Assembly (NCBI GenBank): GCA_000004985.1
Contig: GG738846.1
Length of the DNA: 64,000 nt
Source: Naegleria gruberi
Lineage: Eukaryota
Direction: 5' to 3' (one strand)
Shown here: positions 22,002-32,870 of the stretch, piece by piece
Position numbering within the stretch: the first letter of the stretch is position 1
Layout of the letters: every line of letters starts with the position of its first letter
Made by a program: the position numbers and the translations under genes
The notes under the pieces: model-generated
The model's database searches: none
Seen by the model: only the letters and a program-made list of their open reading frames with translations
Told to the model about the DNA's origin: nothing

Positions 22002-25000
22002 ATGTACCAAGTCTATTGTGCTGCAACAGGAAAAGCTGAGCAACAAGATCAAGTTGAGTACAAAGAATCTGTTTTAGAACTTGATGCCACAAAAAAGATT
22101 ATTCCATTCCGTCTTGCTTTGGATGAGAGCACACAATTCCTCTATCAACCAAGCAAATTTTCTATTGAGACTAATACCCCTTTAAACTCTCAACCAGCTA
22201 CTTTGCAATCTCTCGTCAATCATTCAAATTTTCTTGATGTCCAAAATATTTACGAAAGATTGAATTTGATTGTCAATCAGGCTCAAGAAATTTGTCAAGT
22301 TACTGAGGCAAGATTTGTAGAATGTGACGATAAGAAAAATAAGAGATTCATTATCCAATCAGCAAAGGACACTCTTGTATCATTTATTAGAGAAAAAACC
22401 TTCAAAAACTATTGTGATATTATTGAAGAACTCTCCAATAGTTTTTCCTCTAACAGTCAATATGTAAATGACCTCTCTTTTGAGAGCATCAAGGATGAAC
22501 TCACCCAAAACAAAACTGTAAATAACTGTGACCTCATGACTGCTCTCAAATTGGATGAGAAAATGTTATCAAACCTCATTACAACTGTAAAATCACAGCA
22601 ACAAATGATCAATTTGAATCAGAGTAAGACCTACATTCTCGAGCAATTGAATGAAATTTCAGGAAAGGACGAAGAACAAGTCGAAGAATTATCATCACTC
22701 GACCAAAGAATGCAATCACTTATCCAACACCAAAGAGAAAAGATTCAAACTCTCCTTTCAGAATACGAATCAGTTAAATTGACCAACGATGATCTTCAAT
22801 TGTACAGCTTTGAATATCAAGCAAGAAATTTGCACGAAGAAATTTTAACAATCGAAAATAATGTAAGAGAGAATCAAAGTATTTACTTGGTAAAAGATTA
22901 TGCATTCAGAGTATTATTGAACCAACAAATGTTAAAGGTTTGCGAGAGAACAACACTCATTTTGTTAATGATGAGATTTTTCAATCAATCAAAAGAAGGA
23001 GGTGCTCTTGAAAAGTTAATATTCCTCTCAAAGCTCCCAGACGTTAATAGACAATTGATGAATGAAATTGTAGCCAGAAGAGAAAACTTTGTTGAGAATA
23101 TTCTTATTCAAAACTTTAGAAGTTTTACTGAGTCTATCAAGCAAGCATGTCAAGATGAAAATGATAGAAGAGATCAAGTAGAGAAGAGTGCTATTGATGG
23201 TTTAACTGAGATTCAAACTCAAGAATTGAAATCGATTATTCCTGGTATTGTAGGGGAAAGAATTCCAATTAATCTTATAATTGATGGTCTTGCCAAATTG
23301 GAAAGAAGCATCTCTAGAACTATTGATACTCATCTTCCACAATCTAATTCAGGAGAAAATGAAGAGAATGACTTTTTCTTAATTTCAAAGCCATCAGAAA
23401 ACCTCACCCAATCCACTCATGACTTGTCAAGTATGACTACTAGTGCTTTGATTGAATATACTGACCGTAAAACTGAGGCATTACCAAATCCAAATTTTAT
23501 TTACCAAAATGTAGATAATGAATTTGTTGAAGTACCAACACAACTTTTACAATCTGTGGTACAACAACCATCTGAAGACTATTCACAACTTCAAAATACC
23601 ATTCTCATGCTTAAAAAAGAAGTTGATTCTTTGAAAGAACAACTTGAAAAGAGTGAAGAGCAAATCAAAGAGAGTGAAGAACAAATCAAAGTTAGCTATG
23701 CCAAGCTCATTGATAGAGAAAATACAATTGACGAACAAATGAGATCAATCAAAAATCTCGAAAGTAATCTTTCAGAAATGAAAAAAGAATTAGATGAAAG
23801 TGCACAATATGTTCAAACTCTCAGTAATAATGTCGAAGATTTGACCTGCAAGATTGAACAAAGTGAAAGAGAAAAGCTTCTGAACTCTGGAGTGCACTCA
23901 GAATCAGTTTCACAACTTGAATCTGTAGTAACTCAATTAGAAACATCCAAGAAGGATCTTCAAGACAAGTTGATTAGAATGGCCACTGAATTCAGCAAGC
24001 TAGACCAATCATCAAAGGCTAAAGATGAACAAATCAAGGCCAGCGATGAACAACTTAAGGCTCAAGACGAGAAAATTCATTCTGATGCCGAACAAATTAT
24101 GTTACTTACAAAGTCATTGCAAGATTCTGAATCAGTTAACGAAAAGTTACAACAAGATCTTGACTCTTTGAATGAAAAACTTGAACAACAATGTATGAAC
24201 TTGTTGTTATCTGATAGAAAAGTAGAAACTCTAGAAGAAGCAACCAAGAACCTCACTCAACAACTTGATGACTGCCAGACCGAGTTGAATGTAGTGAAGG
24301 AAGAAAGAGTTCTAGTAGAAAGAAATTTGAGAGTACAAGTTAATGAACTCACCGAATCTGTTAACAAATTATCAGAAACCAACAATCAATTGAAAGAGAA
24401 ACATTCCGACCTCTCAAATAAGCATTCTTCTACTATTTCCGAATTAGAATCCCTCTCTCAAAATTTGTTTGCTCAACACAAAACTGCTCAAGAGAACGAT
24501 ATCAAGCTGAAGGTAGCAGATGAAACTAACAAAGTTCTGCAAGAAAAACTTACTTCTAGTGAAGAAAAGTTAGCACACTCACAAGAGAAAATTAACACTT
24601 TAACCTTCGAGTTGGAAAATACCAGAACAATGCTCGAAAAAGCCAAGTCCCAACCTCCAGTAGTCCATTCACCTGTTATTTCCTCCAACAACGATGAAAA
24701 CGAAAAGTTAAAGAAAGAAGTTAAGGAACTCACCATTAAGGCTCAAATGTACGAGACAGCAACTCTTAAGAGCGCTGCCTCAGTAACTACTTTACAAAAG
24801 AAGATTCAAGAACAACAAATTGCTCTCAAAGAACAAGAAGATACACTCAAATTCCTTCAAGAGCAATATTCTCAATTAGAAAAGAGCTATATTCAAGTTC
24901 AAAACGACAAGACACAACAACCAACAGGAAAGACCTTTGTTAGTTTAGAGCCAGAATTGAATGATCTTGTCATTTTCTTCAAAGGAAACAACAGCAATAA

Positions 25001-25211
25001 GGATATTTTCACTGCTATTAGCAAGAATGCCAATAGAATTATAATAGCTCCTGAATCTCTCGGCACTTTGAAGGAAAGATATGGCGAGGCATTCGAAAAA
25101 TTGAACATTGTTGTAGGTAAAATTGTTTATTTGGAACAATCCAATCCTTCCTACAACCCATTCAATTTGAACACTCCTTACGCAACTGCTTTTATTGAAG
25201 AGTTGTTGTAA
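22002..25211 (+). CDS. Atg11/FIP200 (RB1CC1)-like autophagy scaffold, about 1070 aa, dominated by coiled coil, with C-terminal Atg11/claw-type domain.
   Basis: First ATG at 22002; the track's 21951 start is TTG. About 700 aa of heptad-rich sequence. C-terminal LNDLVIFFKGNNSNKDIFTAISKNANRIIIAPESLGTLKERYGEAF...IVVGKIVYLEQ resembles the Atg11-domain consensus (fgdlvLFlPtr...waaf...pxyfLs..sl...wivgrIv.ie). Confidence 0.45.
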   Translation: MYQVYCAATGKAEQQDQVEYKESVLELDATKKIIPFRLALDESTQFLYQPSKFSIETNTPLNSQPATLQSLVNHSNFLDVQNIYERLNLIVNQAQEICQVTEARFVECDDKKNKRFIIQSAKDTLVSFIREKTFKNYCDIIEELSNSFSSNSQYVNDLSFESIKDELTQNKTVNNCDLMTALKLDEKMLSNLITTVKSQQQMINLNQSKTYILEQLNEISGKDEEQVEELSSLDQRMQSLIQHQREKIQTLLSEYESVKLTNDDLQLYSFEYQARNLHEEILTIENNVRENQSIYLVKDYAFRVLLNQQMLKVCERTTLILLMMRFFNQSKEGGALEKLIFLSKLPDVNRQLMNEIVARRENFVENILIQNFRSFTESIKQACQDENDRRDQVEKSAIDGLTEIQTQELKSIIPGIVGERIPINLIIDGLAKLERSISRTIDTHLPQSNSGENEENDFFLISKPSENLTQSTHDLSSMTTSALIEYTDRKTEALPNPNFIYQNVDNEFVEVPTQLLQSVVQQPSEDYSQLQNTILMLKKEVDSLKEQLEKSEEQIKESEEQIKVSYAKLIDRENTIDEQMRSIKNLESNLSEMKKELDESAQYVQTLSNNVEDLTCKIEQSEREKLLNSGVHSESVSQLESVVTQLETSKKDLQDKLIRMATEFSKLDQSSKAKDEQIKASDEQLKAQDEKIHSDAEQIMLLTKSLQDSESVNEKLQQDLDSLNEKLEQQCMNLLLSDRKVETLEEATKNLTQQLDDCQTELNVVKEERVLVERNLRVQVNELTESVNKLSETNNQLKEKHSDLSNKHSSTISELESLSQNLFAQHKTAQENDIKLKVADETNKVLQEKLTSSEEKLAHSQEKINTLTFELENTRTMLEKAKSQPPVVHSPVISSNNDENEKLKKEVKELTIKAQMYETATLKSAASVTTLQKKIQEQQIALKEQEDTLKFLQEQYSQLEKSYIQVQNDKTQQPTGKTFVSLEPELNDLVIFFKGNNSNKDIFTAISKNANRIIIAPESLGTLKERYGEAFEKLNIVVGKIVYLEQSNPSYNPFNLNTPYATAFIEELL

Positions 25212-25268
25212 ATAAATTTGTAATAATACGTCTACTTTGGATAGCATTTATATTTATTATTAACTGAT

Positions 25269-26601
25269 TTACATATATTGATCGATTTTAGCTGGCATTT
25301 CCTCAATGGTTGTGGAATAGTGTTGTTCAATATCTTTCAAAACACCAACATCCATTTCTGTAACAAAGTTAATTGCAACACCCTTTCTTCCATATCTACC
25401 AGATCTACCAATTCTGTGAATATAATTTTCTCTATTTGTTGGCAAATCATAATTGATAACAAGTGACACCTGTTGTACATCAATACCTCTAGCCCACACA
25501 TCTGTAGTGATTAACACTCTCGATTGACCTTTTCTGAATTCTTCCATAATGGCTTCACGTTCCTTCTGTGGCATTTGTCCATGCATAAATGATACTGTAA
25601 AGTTATGTTTCTTCATTTGTTTAGCAAGCCATTCTACTTTATCTCTCTTATTACAAAATATGACAGCTTGTGTAACAGTAAGAGAGTCATATAAATCACA
25701 TAAAGTTTCAAATTTCCAATCTTCCTTTTCTACAGCAATGAAAAATTGTTTAATTCCTTCCAAAGTAACTTCATCTCTCTTTACAAGAATTCTAATTGGA
25801 TCAGTCATAAATTGTTGTGTAATTTCCAAAACTTCTGCAGGAAGTGTAGCAGAAATTAATACAATTTGTGTATTATTCAATAGACGATAAATTTGATAAA
25901 TTTGTTCCTTAAATCCTTGACTTAACATTTCATCAGCTTCATCCAATACCAGTAATTTGATATGTTTAGTATTGAGGTGTTGTTGTCTCATCATATCATA
26001 AACTCTTCCAGGTGTACCACTCACAACATGAACTCCACTTTCCAATTTTTTAATATCCTCACCAACTTTATTACCTCCAACACAGGCATGGACTTGTGCA
26101 TGAAGATAATCTCCTAGGTATGACATGACTCTTTGAGTTTGTTGAGCGAGTTCACGTGTTGGTGAGAGAACAATTGCTTGTGGATGTAATTGTTTAATGT
26201 TTAACATTTGCAAAATTGCAATTGAAAATGTTGCAGTTTTACCTATAATGATGATTAATTTTTTAATTCTTTTTAAACTTACCTGTTCCTGATTGACTTT
26301 GTGCAATTAAATCATTTCCTTGTGTAATTGGTTTAATAGCTCGCTGTTGGATAGCTGATGGTTTTGTAAATCCATATTGATAAATTCCACGAAGTAAATC
26401 ATCATTTAATCCCATATCTTCAAAAGTAGGACAAACTTCCAACTTGACAGAAGCACTAATATCCTCTCCAGTTTCTGTTTTTCCTTGTTTTTTTAAATTA
26501 TTTACAGATGATTCCGATTTTTTTGATGTTTTACTTGAATGAGAAGTAGTGGAGGAGGAAGCTGCTGATGATGACTTTTTACCTGATGATGTTGATTTCA
26601 T
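25269..26601 (-). CDS. EIF4A: DEAD-box helicase eIF4A. Two exons, about 26283..26601 and 25269..26242; GTAAGT...CATTATAG intron of 40 nt.
   Basis: Q-motif [13 protein letters not shown], Walker A AQSQSGTG|KTATF restored by splicing, then PTRELA, DEAD (VLDEADEM), [16 protein letters not shown]. About 65% identity by eye to eIF4A-I throughout, with an N-terminal Ser-rich extension. Confidence 0.9.
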
Positions 26602-26887
26602 TTTTTATTTTCTTTTATTGCATTCATGTACATATTGAACATCATAAAGAGGATACACCAAAATTCTCAACAACAGGAGATGAAGCCAATTCGTTATTAA
26701 AGTGGATCCACACTGGTTAAATTGGAGATGTTTCCTCTCTGCATATGTATATCCTTCTCGGAAAACAATATTGCCCTCTATGGAACACATAAAAAGAATA
26801 CACAAAACAATCATTATTACAATTTAAAAACAATTTTATTTTGTTATTATATATTTTGTTAATATAATTTTAATGTACATTCACAAT

Positions 26888-27317
26888 TTACAAGCCAAGA
26901 AGTTGCTTCTTCTTCAAATCAAACTCTTTTTGAGTAATGACACCCTTATCCCTCAAGCTGGCCAATTTTTCCAATTCAGAATATTTATCAGAATCACCAA
27001 CACCTCCAGTTTTAACTTCTCTCTTCACTTCACTCTTTAAAGATTGTTTCGTCTCTGTTGTAGTTATGGAAGGAACTTGACCCTTCTCATATGGATTTTG
27101 GTTGACAGTTTTTTGTTTATTCCAATCGTGAAGTACTTTTTGATTGGAGAAGGTAATTTTACTATCATCCTTTTCTTTTGCATTGAGTGTTAACATGGTA
27201 TTGTACTTGTGAGCTGAGTGAAAAAAACTTATTCCAAATTTTATATAAATTGTGTAAAAACTCACCTTCCTTGTCTTTTTGCTCAAAGCTGTTTAATCTA
27301 TCTCTGATTGAACTCAT
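26888..27317 (-). CDS. Small protein of about 126 aa with C-terminal SHOCT-like motif. Two exons, about 27266..27317 and 26888..27213; GTGAGT...TTCACTCAG intron of 52 nt.
   Basis: Spliced product MSSIRDRLNSFEQKDKE|AHKYNTMLTLNAKEKDD...SELEKLASLRDKGVITQKEFDLKKKQLLGL. The tail matches the SHOCT consensus (e.LekLkeLkdkGiIteeEFeakKkkLL). Confidence 0.45.
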
Positions 27318-27564
27318 TTTTTTTTATAATTATTGTTTGATGACATTTGAAGGATTTTTTAACTTCCTCTCATCAAATTTAAAGAGTTTTCATATGTAAG
27401 AGAGAGTGTAAAAAGAAATATATTGCCTTTACAAACAATAACCATTCAATTGTTTTCTTTTACTGTTTTCTTTTACAAAAACTTTCAAAAGTAAATTTAA
27501 ATTCAACAACACATCAAACTCATTTGGTCCAGTCAAGTCAAAAGCCAAATCAATCAAAAAAAAA

Positions 27565-28071
27565 ATGACATCTAACACAACAGTTGCTAATGATGCTTTA
27601 ACCAAAGTAAAGGAGAACGTGGAAAAACTCAAGAAGGATGCTCTTAACCTTGTAAATAATGTCAAAACCAAGAAACAACTTGAATCAGATGATCTCAGAG
27701 TTGTTTCACTTGCCTTGTTAACACTCTGGACAGTTCTTTCCTTACTTTTACCTGGTGTGATCAGATTTATTTTAGCTAGTGGTTTATCTTTCTCAATTTC
27801 TGATAATTATGATAGTGTAAGAGTTGTTGATGAATTTATCAGATTGAGTGGATGTTTCACTCTTGCATTATTCATCTTGAATTACTTGTCAATTAATTGG
27901 AACAATGATGCTCAAACAGATGTTTTACGTGTAATGGCCTTCTTCAATGCACTTGTTGTGGCAGTTGGTATTTTAAATTTGGTTTCAGGTGGTTCATTTG
28001 CCTATTTGCTTCTTTCCATTGTTGCTGGTGGTTTGGCCTTCTTTTATGCAAAGGCTTCAAAATTATTCTAA
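27565..28071 (+). CDS. Hypothetical membrane protein, 168 aa, with 3-4 TM helices.
   Basis: ATG at 27565. N-terminal amphipathic helix, then hydrophobic segments LALLTLWTVLSLLLPGV, LALFILNYLSI, FFNALVVAVGILNLVSGG, LLLSIVAGGLAFFYA. Confidence 0.4.
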   Translation: MTSNTTVANDALTKVKENVEKLKKDALNLVNNVKTKKQLESDDLRVVSLALLTLWTVLSLLLPGVIRFILASGLSFSISDNYDSVRVVDEFIRLSGCFTLALFILNYLSINWNNDAQTDVLRVMAFFNALVVAVGILNLVSGGSFAYLLLSIVAGGLAFFYAKASKLF

Positions 28072-28234
28072 ATTATTAACAATTTCTTGTTATTATTTTA
28101 TAATAAATAGCAATTAAAATAAATATGTGATCAAATGATATTGAAGAAACGTGTTTAATAAAACGTGTCTATTTGGAATCTATTATTAAAAGGTTGGTTA
28201 TCATCATCATCATCAGATGTATTAAAGTTGTATT

Positions 28235-29629
28235 ATGTACATGATTTTAGTTACAAACAAAAAAATGTCTACCGAGAAGGAGGAATCAACAAGGGAAAAC
28301 ACAACAACTGTTGTTCCTTCCACTAATGACGATAATCAAAAGAAAAATATTACATCATCAAGTGGTAGCAGTAGTACTAATGCATCCACATCATTACCGG
28401 AAGAGAGTGATTTTATTTCTAAAGCCCTCAGCCTGTTAATCATGTTGGGAGTTGTTGGAGTAGCACTGTATTTGAGGTCAGTCAATCAATCAGAAAAAGT
28501 CTCTCGCTTAGATACTTTTCAAAAAGTTGAAATTATTCCCGAATTATTTATTACTTCTGAGGATGGTAGTAGAAGAAAGGACAATATTGATTCACTTGTT
28601 GTCTATAAACATGAATGGTTAATAACTACAGCTAAAGCATCCAATGCATTATTTATATTTGAAGCCAAGACTGGAAAATACTTGTTTACTAAATCTCTGA
28701 AAACTGGAGACTACGAAGCAAATAGACCAAATGGAATTACTCTCTTCACCATTCTTGATAAGGAATATTTATTTGTCACAGAAAGAGATGGAAGGAGAGT
28801 TTGTATTGTAGATATTGGAGATGATTTCAAAATTGTCTACTCATTCGGAGAGGAAGTATTGAAGAGACCTTATGCTCTCGATTTGATGAAAACAAATTCT
28901 AATCAAGACGAGGAAACTTATCATGTCTTTGTAACTGATAATTACATGCTCAAAGATTCTAAAGGAAAACTCAAAGTGGTTCCACCATCTGACAAGTTGG
29001 ACAAGAGAATTCAACTCTTTGAAATTATCGCCAATAAGAAGGATTATACATTCCAATCTAAATATGTCAAAAAGATTGGAAGCATACTTGAGGAGGCAAC
29101 ATCTGGAGTTTTGAACATTGTGGAAACTGTCGTTATTGATGAGGCATATGATAGATTACTCATTGCTGATGAGCATATTTTGAATATCAAAATATACAAT
29201 TTTTCCTCACACGAATTTTCAGGTAATACCATTGGATTGGCAGCAGGTCAAACCACTAGTACCAATAATGTAAAATGTCCAAAAGATTTTTCATTTGCTG
29301 GCGAACCAGAAGGGTTCGTTATTTATTCCTGTCAAACCACCAATAAGGCTAGAAGTGTAGAAACAGGATTTTACATTTTCACAGATCAACTTGATGATAG
29401 AACCAAGTTCCACATTGTAAGAAGAGACAATTTGTGTTATGTTGGATCTTTTATGGGCAATGTTGTTTCCAAGACTGATGGTGTCACTATTGATGAAACA
29501 TTGGGAATTTTCTACGCTGTACATAATGATAGTGTTATTGGTACATTTAAAATTAAAGATATTCTCAATCGTGTAGTGAAGAAGAATTTGAGTGCAAGTG
29601 AGCTAGCTCAAATATGTCCACCTCTCTAA
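28235..29629 (+). CDS. Type II membrane protein with predicted beta-propeller ectodomain; weak resemblance to beta-propeller (3-)phytase-like proteins.
   Basis: N-terminal Ser-rich region, then TM LSLLIMLGVVGVALYL. Repeated blade-like segments (YLFVTERDGRRVCIVDIGD, YHVFVTDNYMLKDS, YDRLLIADEHILNIKIYN, ETGFYIFTDQ) loosely align with Bacillus PhyC blades (YGSLYIAEEDEAIW). Confidence 0.3.
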   Translation: MYMILVTNKKMSTEKEESTRENTTTVVPSTNDDNQKKNITSSSGSSSTNASTSLPEESDFISKALSLLIMLGVVGVALYLRSVNQSEKVSRLDTFQKVEIIPELFITSEDGSRRKDNIDSLVVYKHEWLITTAKASNALFIFEAKTGKYLFTKSLKTGDYEANRPNGITLFTILDKEYLFVTERDGRRVCIVDIGDDFKIVYSFGEEVLKRPYALDLMKTNSNQDEETYHVFVTDNYMLKDSKGKLKVVPPSDKLDKRIQLFEIIANKKDYTFQSKYVKKIGSILEEATSGVLNIVETVVIDEAYDRLLIADEHILNIKIYNFSSHEFSGNTIGLAAGQTTSTNNVKCPKDFSFAGEPEGFVIYSCQTTNKARSVETGFYIFTDQLDDRTKFHIVRRDNLCYVGSFMGNVVSKTDGVTIDETLGIFYAVHNDSVIGTFKIKDILNRVVKKNLSASELAQICPPL

Positions 29630-29795
29630 AATCTATTTTTCAAACCAGAATGCATAACAATTTCAATTTTCTAATTTGAAGATTTTGAACGGCACCCAAT
29701 AGTATTAAGATATTTGAAAATCATATTGCTAGCCATTCAACTTCAATTATAAAAATAATAATAGATAATTTATTGAATATCAAAAAATTTAAAAA

Positions 29796-30559
29796 ATGGC
29801 CTCTACATCACACCACAACTCGGAAACTGTTGTTCTTTCCCAAGCTCTTGATGCTACAAATAAACCAATTGTTGCTGTAGATATTGATGAAGTATTGGCA
29901 CCTTTTGTACCATTATTGATTGAATTTTATAACAAACATCATTTACTTGAAGGACAAGAGCCATTAACTATGGATTTGTTTCATAATTATCATTTTAGAT
30001 ATGTATGGGGAGGAAGTGAAGAAAGATCAAGAGAAATTGTGAATCAATTTCTTGAAAGTGATTTATTTATTAATCAACCAATGTTGGACAAGTCATCATT
30101 TAATGTTTTACAAAAATTAGGAGAAAAGTACAAGTTGGTTATTGTCACATCTAGACAATACAAGATTAAGAATCAAACAGAAAATCTTTTAAAGACATAT
30201 TTTCCAGAAACATTTGCTGAAATTCTTTTAGGTAAGTATTGTTAAATATTTATTTTAATAATTCTAAAATATTTTCATTAAAATGATTTAAAAAAGGAAA
30301 CCATTATGGTGACAATGGAGAAACCCAAATGTCTAAACCAGAAATGTGTAAACAATTGAATGCAGTATTACTTATTGATGATTCTCTGAAATATTGTGAA
30401 CAATGTGTAAGTGAGAAAATACCTGCCATTCTATTTGGAAATTATGCTTGGAATAAAAATACTGAACCATTGGATAATGGGTGGATCATTAGGGTAGATG
30501 GATGGAGTCAAGTTGAACAAGCTGTAGAAAACATGCTTAAACAACATAATCACATATAA
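29796..30559 (+). CDS. HAD-superfamily hydrolase, 5'(3')-deoxyribonucleotidase (NT5C)-like. Two exons, about 29796..30231 and 30297..30559; GTAAGT...AAAAAAG intron of 65 nt.
   Basis: HAD motif I VAVDIDEVLAPF (DxDxV/T), motif II VIVTSR; exon 2 supplies LLIDDSLKYCEQ (motif IV region). Splice keeps frame (ILLG|NHYGDNGE). Confidence 0.5.
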
Positions 30560-30890
30560 ACATTTTAGAATAATTTTAACTAAACAACACAAAAATAATT
30601 GAAAAATCAGGTCATTATATTTTCAAGTATTCCAATGTAACGCTCTTAATAACAACCTAATTTCCACAAGGTTCGCTCCCATTAAGGTGCTTAGTTTTTG
30701 ACTATTCGAGAAGAGTGCTGTAATTCAATTTTCCAAATTGGTCCAATAGCTCCATTGCTTGCATTAATATGAAGTTGTGGATTTCATAATGCCAATCTGC
30801 ATAATATTATTAGCGTGTGTTATCTTAGTGGCTGCACATTATCTTCAATTTAAAGAAATTAAAAAAAATTGCAACCACTTTATCAAGAAA

Positions 30891-32792
30891 ATGTCCTCTT
30901 TTCGAAGAAAAGGTGTAAAAACAATACTTACACTCCTCTCCGCCACAACAGCTGTTTTTACAGGTTATCAATTTAATGAATTTTTGAAGAAACAAGATAG
31001 ATTTATGAAGAATGATATTTCGGAAGAGACAAGTAATTTACTAACCTATGACAGAAGTAAATTATTAAATAGTAAAACAAGGATTGGAGAAAATTTAACT
31101 GATAAATTAGTATTAAAAACAGATAGAGAAGAAAATATTAGAAAATTGGAAAGTCAAGAATTATTTGACATTATTGTTATTGGTGGAGGTTCTGTTGGAA
31201 GTTCTGCTGCTCTAGATGCCACATCGAGAGGCTTAAAAGTTGCACTCATTGAAAGAAATGATTGGGCAAGTGGTACATCATCACGTGCTACTAAAATGGC
31301 TCATGGTGGTGTTAGATATTTAGAAAAGGCTGTCATGAATTTAGATTGGAATGAATTGATGCTTGTTTATGAATGTTTGAGAGAGAGAAAGCATTTTTAT
31401 CAAGTTGCACCACACCTTTCATCACCTTTACAATTATTAACACCTTGTTATACTCTGTATGATTCTGTGAAAATGTTTGCTGGTTTGACATTATACGATT
31501 TTCTCAGTGGTTCTGAAGCTAGATTGGGTAATTCTGGGTGGGTATCAAAGAAAAGTGCTCTCACTGTTTGGCCATCTCTAAAAGAAAAAGGACTCTATGG
31601 TTGTATGACATATTATGATGGTGTATTCAATGATTCTAGAGTGAATGTGAGTACAGTTTTGACATCCAATGCTCTAGGTGCTGTAACTGTTAATTATTTG
31701 GAAGTAATTGATTTGTTAAAATCAACAGAGAATGGTGAAGTTAATGGTGTTAAAGTGAAAGATAGATTGACAGGTAAAGAATTTGAAATTAAGGGTAAAT
31801 GTGTTGTAAATGCTACTGGTGCTTTTGTTGACAAGATTAGACAAATGGATGATCCAACATGTGCTCCAATCATTTCCCCAAGCGCTGGTACTCATATCAT
31901 GTTAAATATGGATAAATTTGTTAAGGGTATAGGAAAGCAACTTGGCATATTAGTACCAAAGACAAGTGATGGAAGAGTTTTATTCCTCGTCCCATGGGAA
32001 GGCAAATTAATTGCAGGTACTACAGATCAACCAACTAATTTAGATGAACGTCCTTCACCAACTAGCTCTGAAATTGATTTTATTTTAGATACAATGAAAT
32101 CTTGCCTCAATGTTCCACTTTCAAGGGAGGATATTTCATCTTCATGGACAGGAATTAGGCCTCTCGTAAAACCTCCAACCAATTCATCGGAAGGAACAAA
32201 GAGTATCTCCAGAGAGCATTATATTGACACGAGCAAGAATTCTTTAATAACTGTAGCTGGCGGAAAGTGGACAACATTCAGAAAGATTGGAGAAGATACC
32301 ATAGATATGGCATTGACCGTTTTATTTAAAAAATCCCCAAATTTAGCCATTGTTATGGATCCATTATCCAAGACAAGGGACATTCCATTAATTGGTGCCT
32401 CAAAGGAATGGGAAAATATCAAACAAGTTAACAATAGTCCATCTTCATCCATTAGTGATGAGACATGGGATCATCTGAAACATTTTTATGGAGATAGAGC
32501 TACTGAAGTATTGGAGCTCTCAGAAAAGTCAAAACTCACCAGCAAACTCTCAGAAAAGTATCCAATCATTGAAGGAGAAGTTCTCTATCAAGTTAAAAAC
32601 GAAATGGCACTCAAAGCACACGATATTATTGCCTATAGAATGAGTTTAATGTTCATTGATAGAAATGAATCAAAAAATATTGCAAGAAGAGTAGTTGATG
32701 TAATGGGTGATTATTATAAGTGGAATGATCAAAGGAGATTGAAGGAATACCAAGAAACCATTTCATATATTGATGAATGCACAAAAAATTAA
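30891..32792 (+). CDS. GPD2: Mitochondrial FAD-dependent glycerol-3-phosphate dehydrogenase (GPD2-type), without C-terminal EF hands.
   Basis: Presequence-like MSSFRRKGVKTILTLLSATTAVFTGYQF matches human MAFQKAVKGTILVGGGALATVLGLSQF. FAD fold DIIVIGGGSVGSSAALDATSRGLKVALIERNDWASGTSSRATKMAHGGVRYLEKA. Colinear to the end of the catalytic domain. In-frame upstream ATG at 30789 is an alternative start. Confidence 0.85.
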   Translation: MSSFRRKGVKTILTLLSATTAVFTGYQFNEFLKKQDRFMKNDISEETSNLLTYDRSKLLNSKTRIGENLTDKLVLKTDREENIRKLESQELFDIIVIGGGSVGSSAALDATSRGLKVALIERNDWASGTSSRATKMAHGGVRYLEKAVMNLDWNELMLVYECLRERKHFYQVAPHLSSPLQLLTPCYTLYDSVKMFAGLTLYDFLSGSEARLGNSGWVSKKSALTVWPSLKEKGLYGCMTYYDGVFNDSRVNVSTVLTSNALGAVTVNYLEVIDLLKSTENGEVNGVKVKDRLTGKEFEIKGKCVVNATGAFVDKIRQMDDPTCAPIISPSAGTHIMLNMDKFVKGIGKQLGILVPKTSDGRVLFLVPWEGKLIAGTTDQPTNLDERPSPTSSEIDFILDTMKSCLNVPLSREDISSSWTGIRPLVKPPTNSSEGTKSISREHYIDTSKNSLITVAGGKWTTFRKIGEDTIDMALTVLFKKSPNLAIVMDPLSKTRDIPLIGASKEWENIKQVNNSPSSSISDETWDHLKHFYGDRATEVLELSEKSKLTSKLSEKYPIIEGEVLYQVKNEMALKAHDIIAYRMSLMFIDRNESKNIARRVVDVMGDYYKWNDQRRLKEYQETISYIDECTKN

Positions 32793-32870
32793 TTCTTGAA
32801 TTTATGAGAGACTATGTGGTTGACTTGATGATATTACTTTATTTCTGATAAATAAATTTCAACTAAAAAA

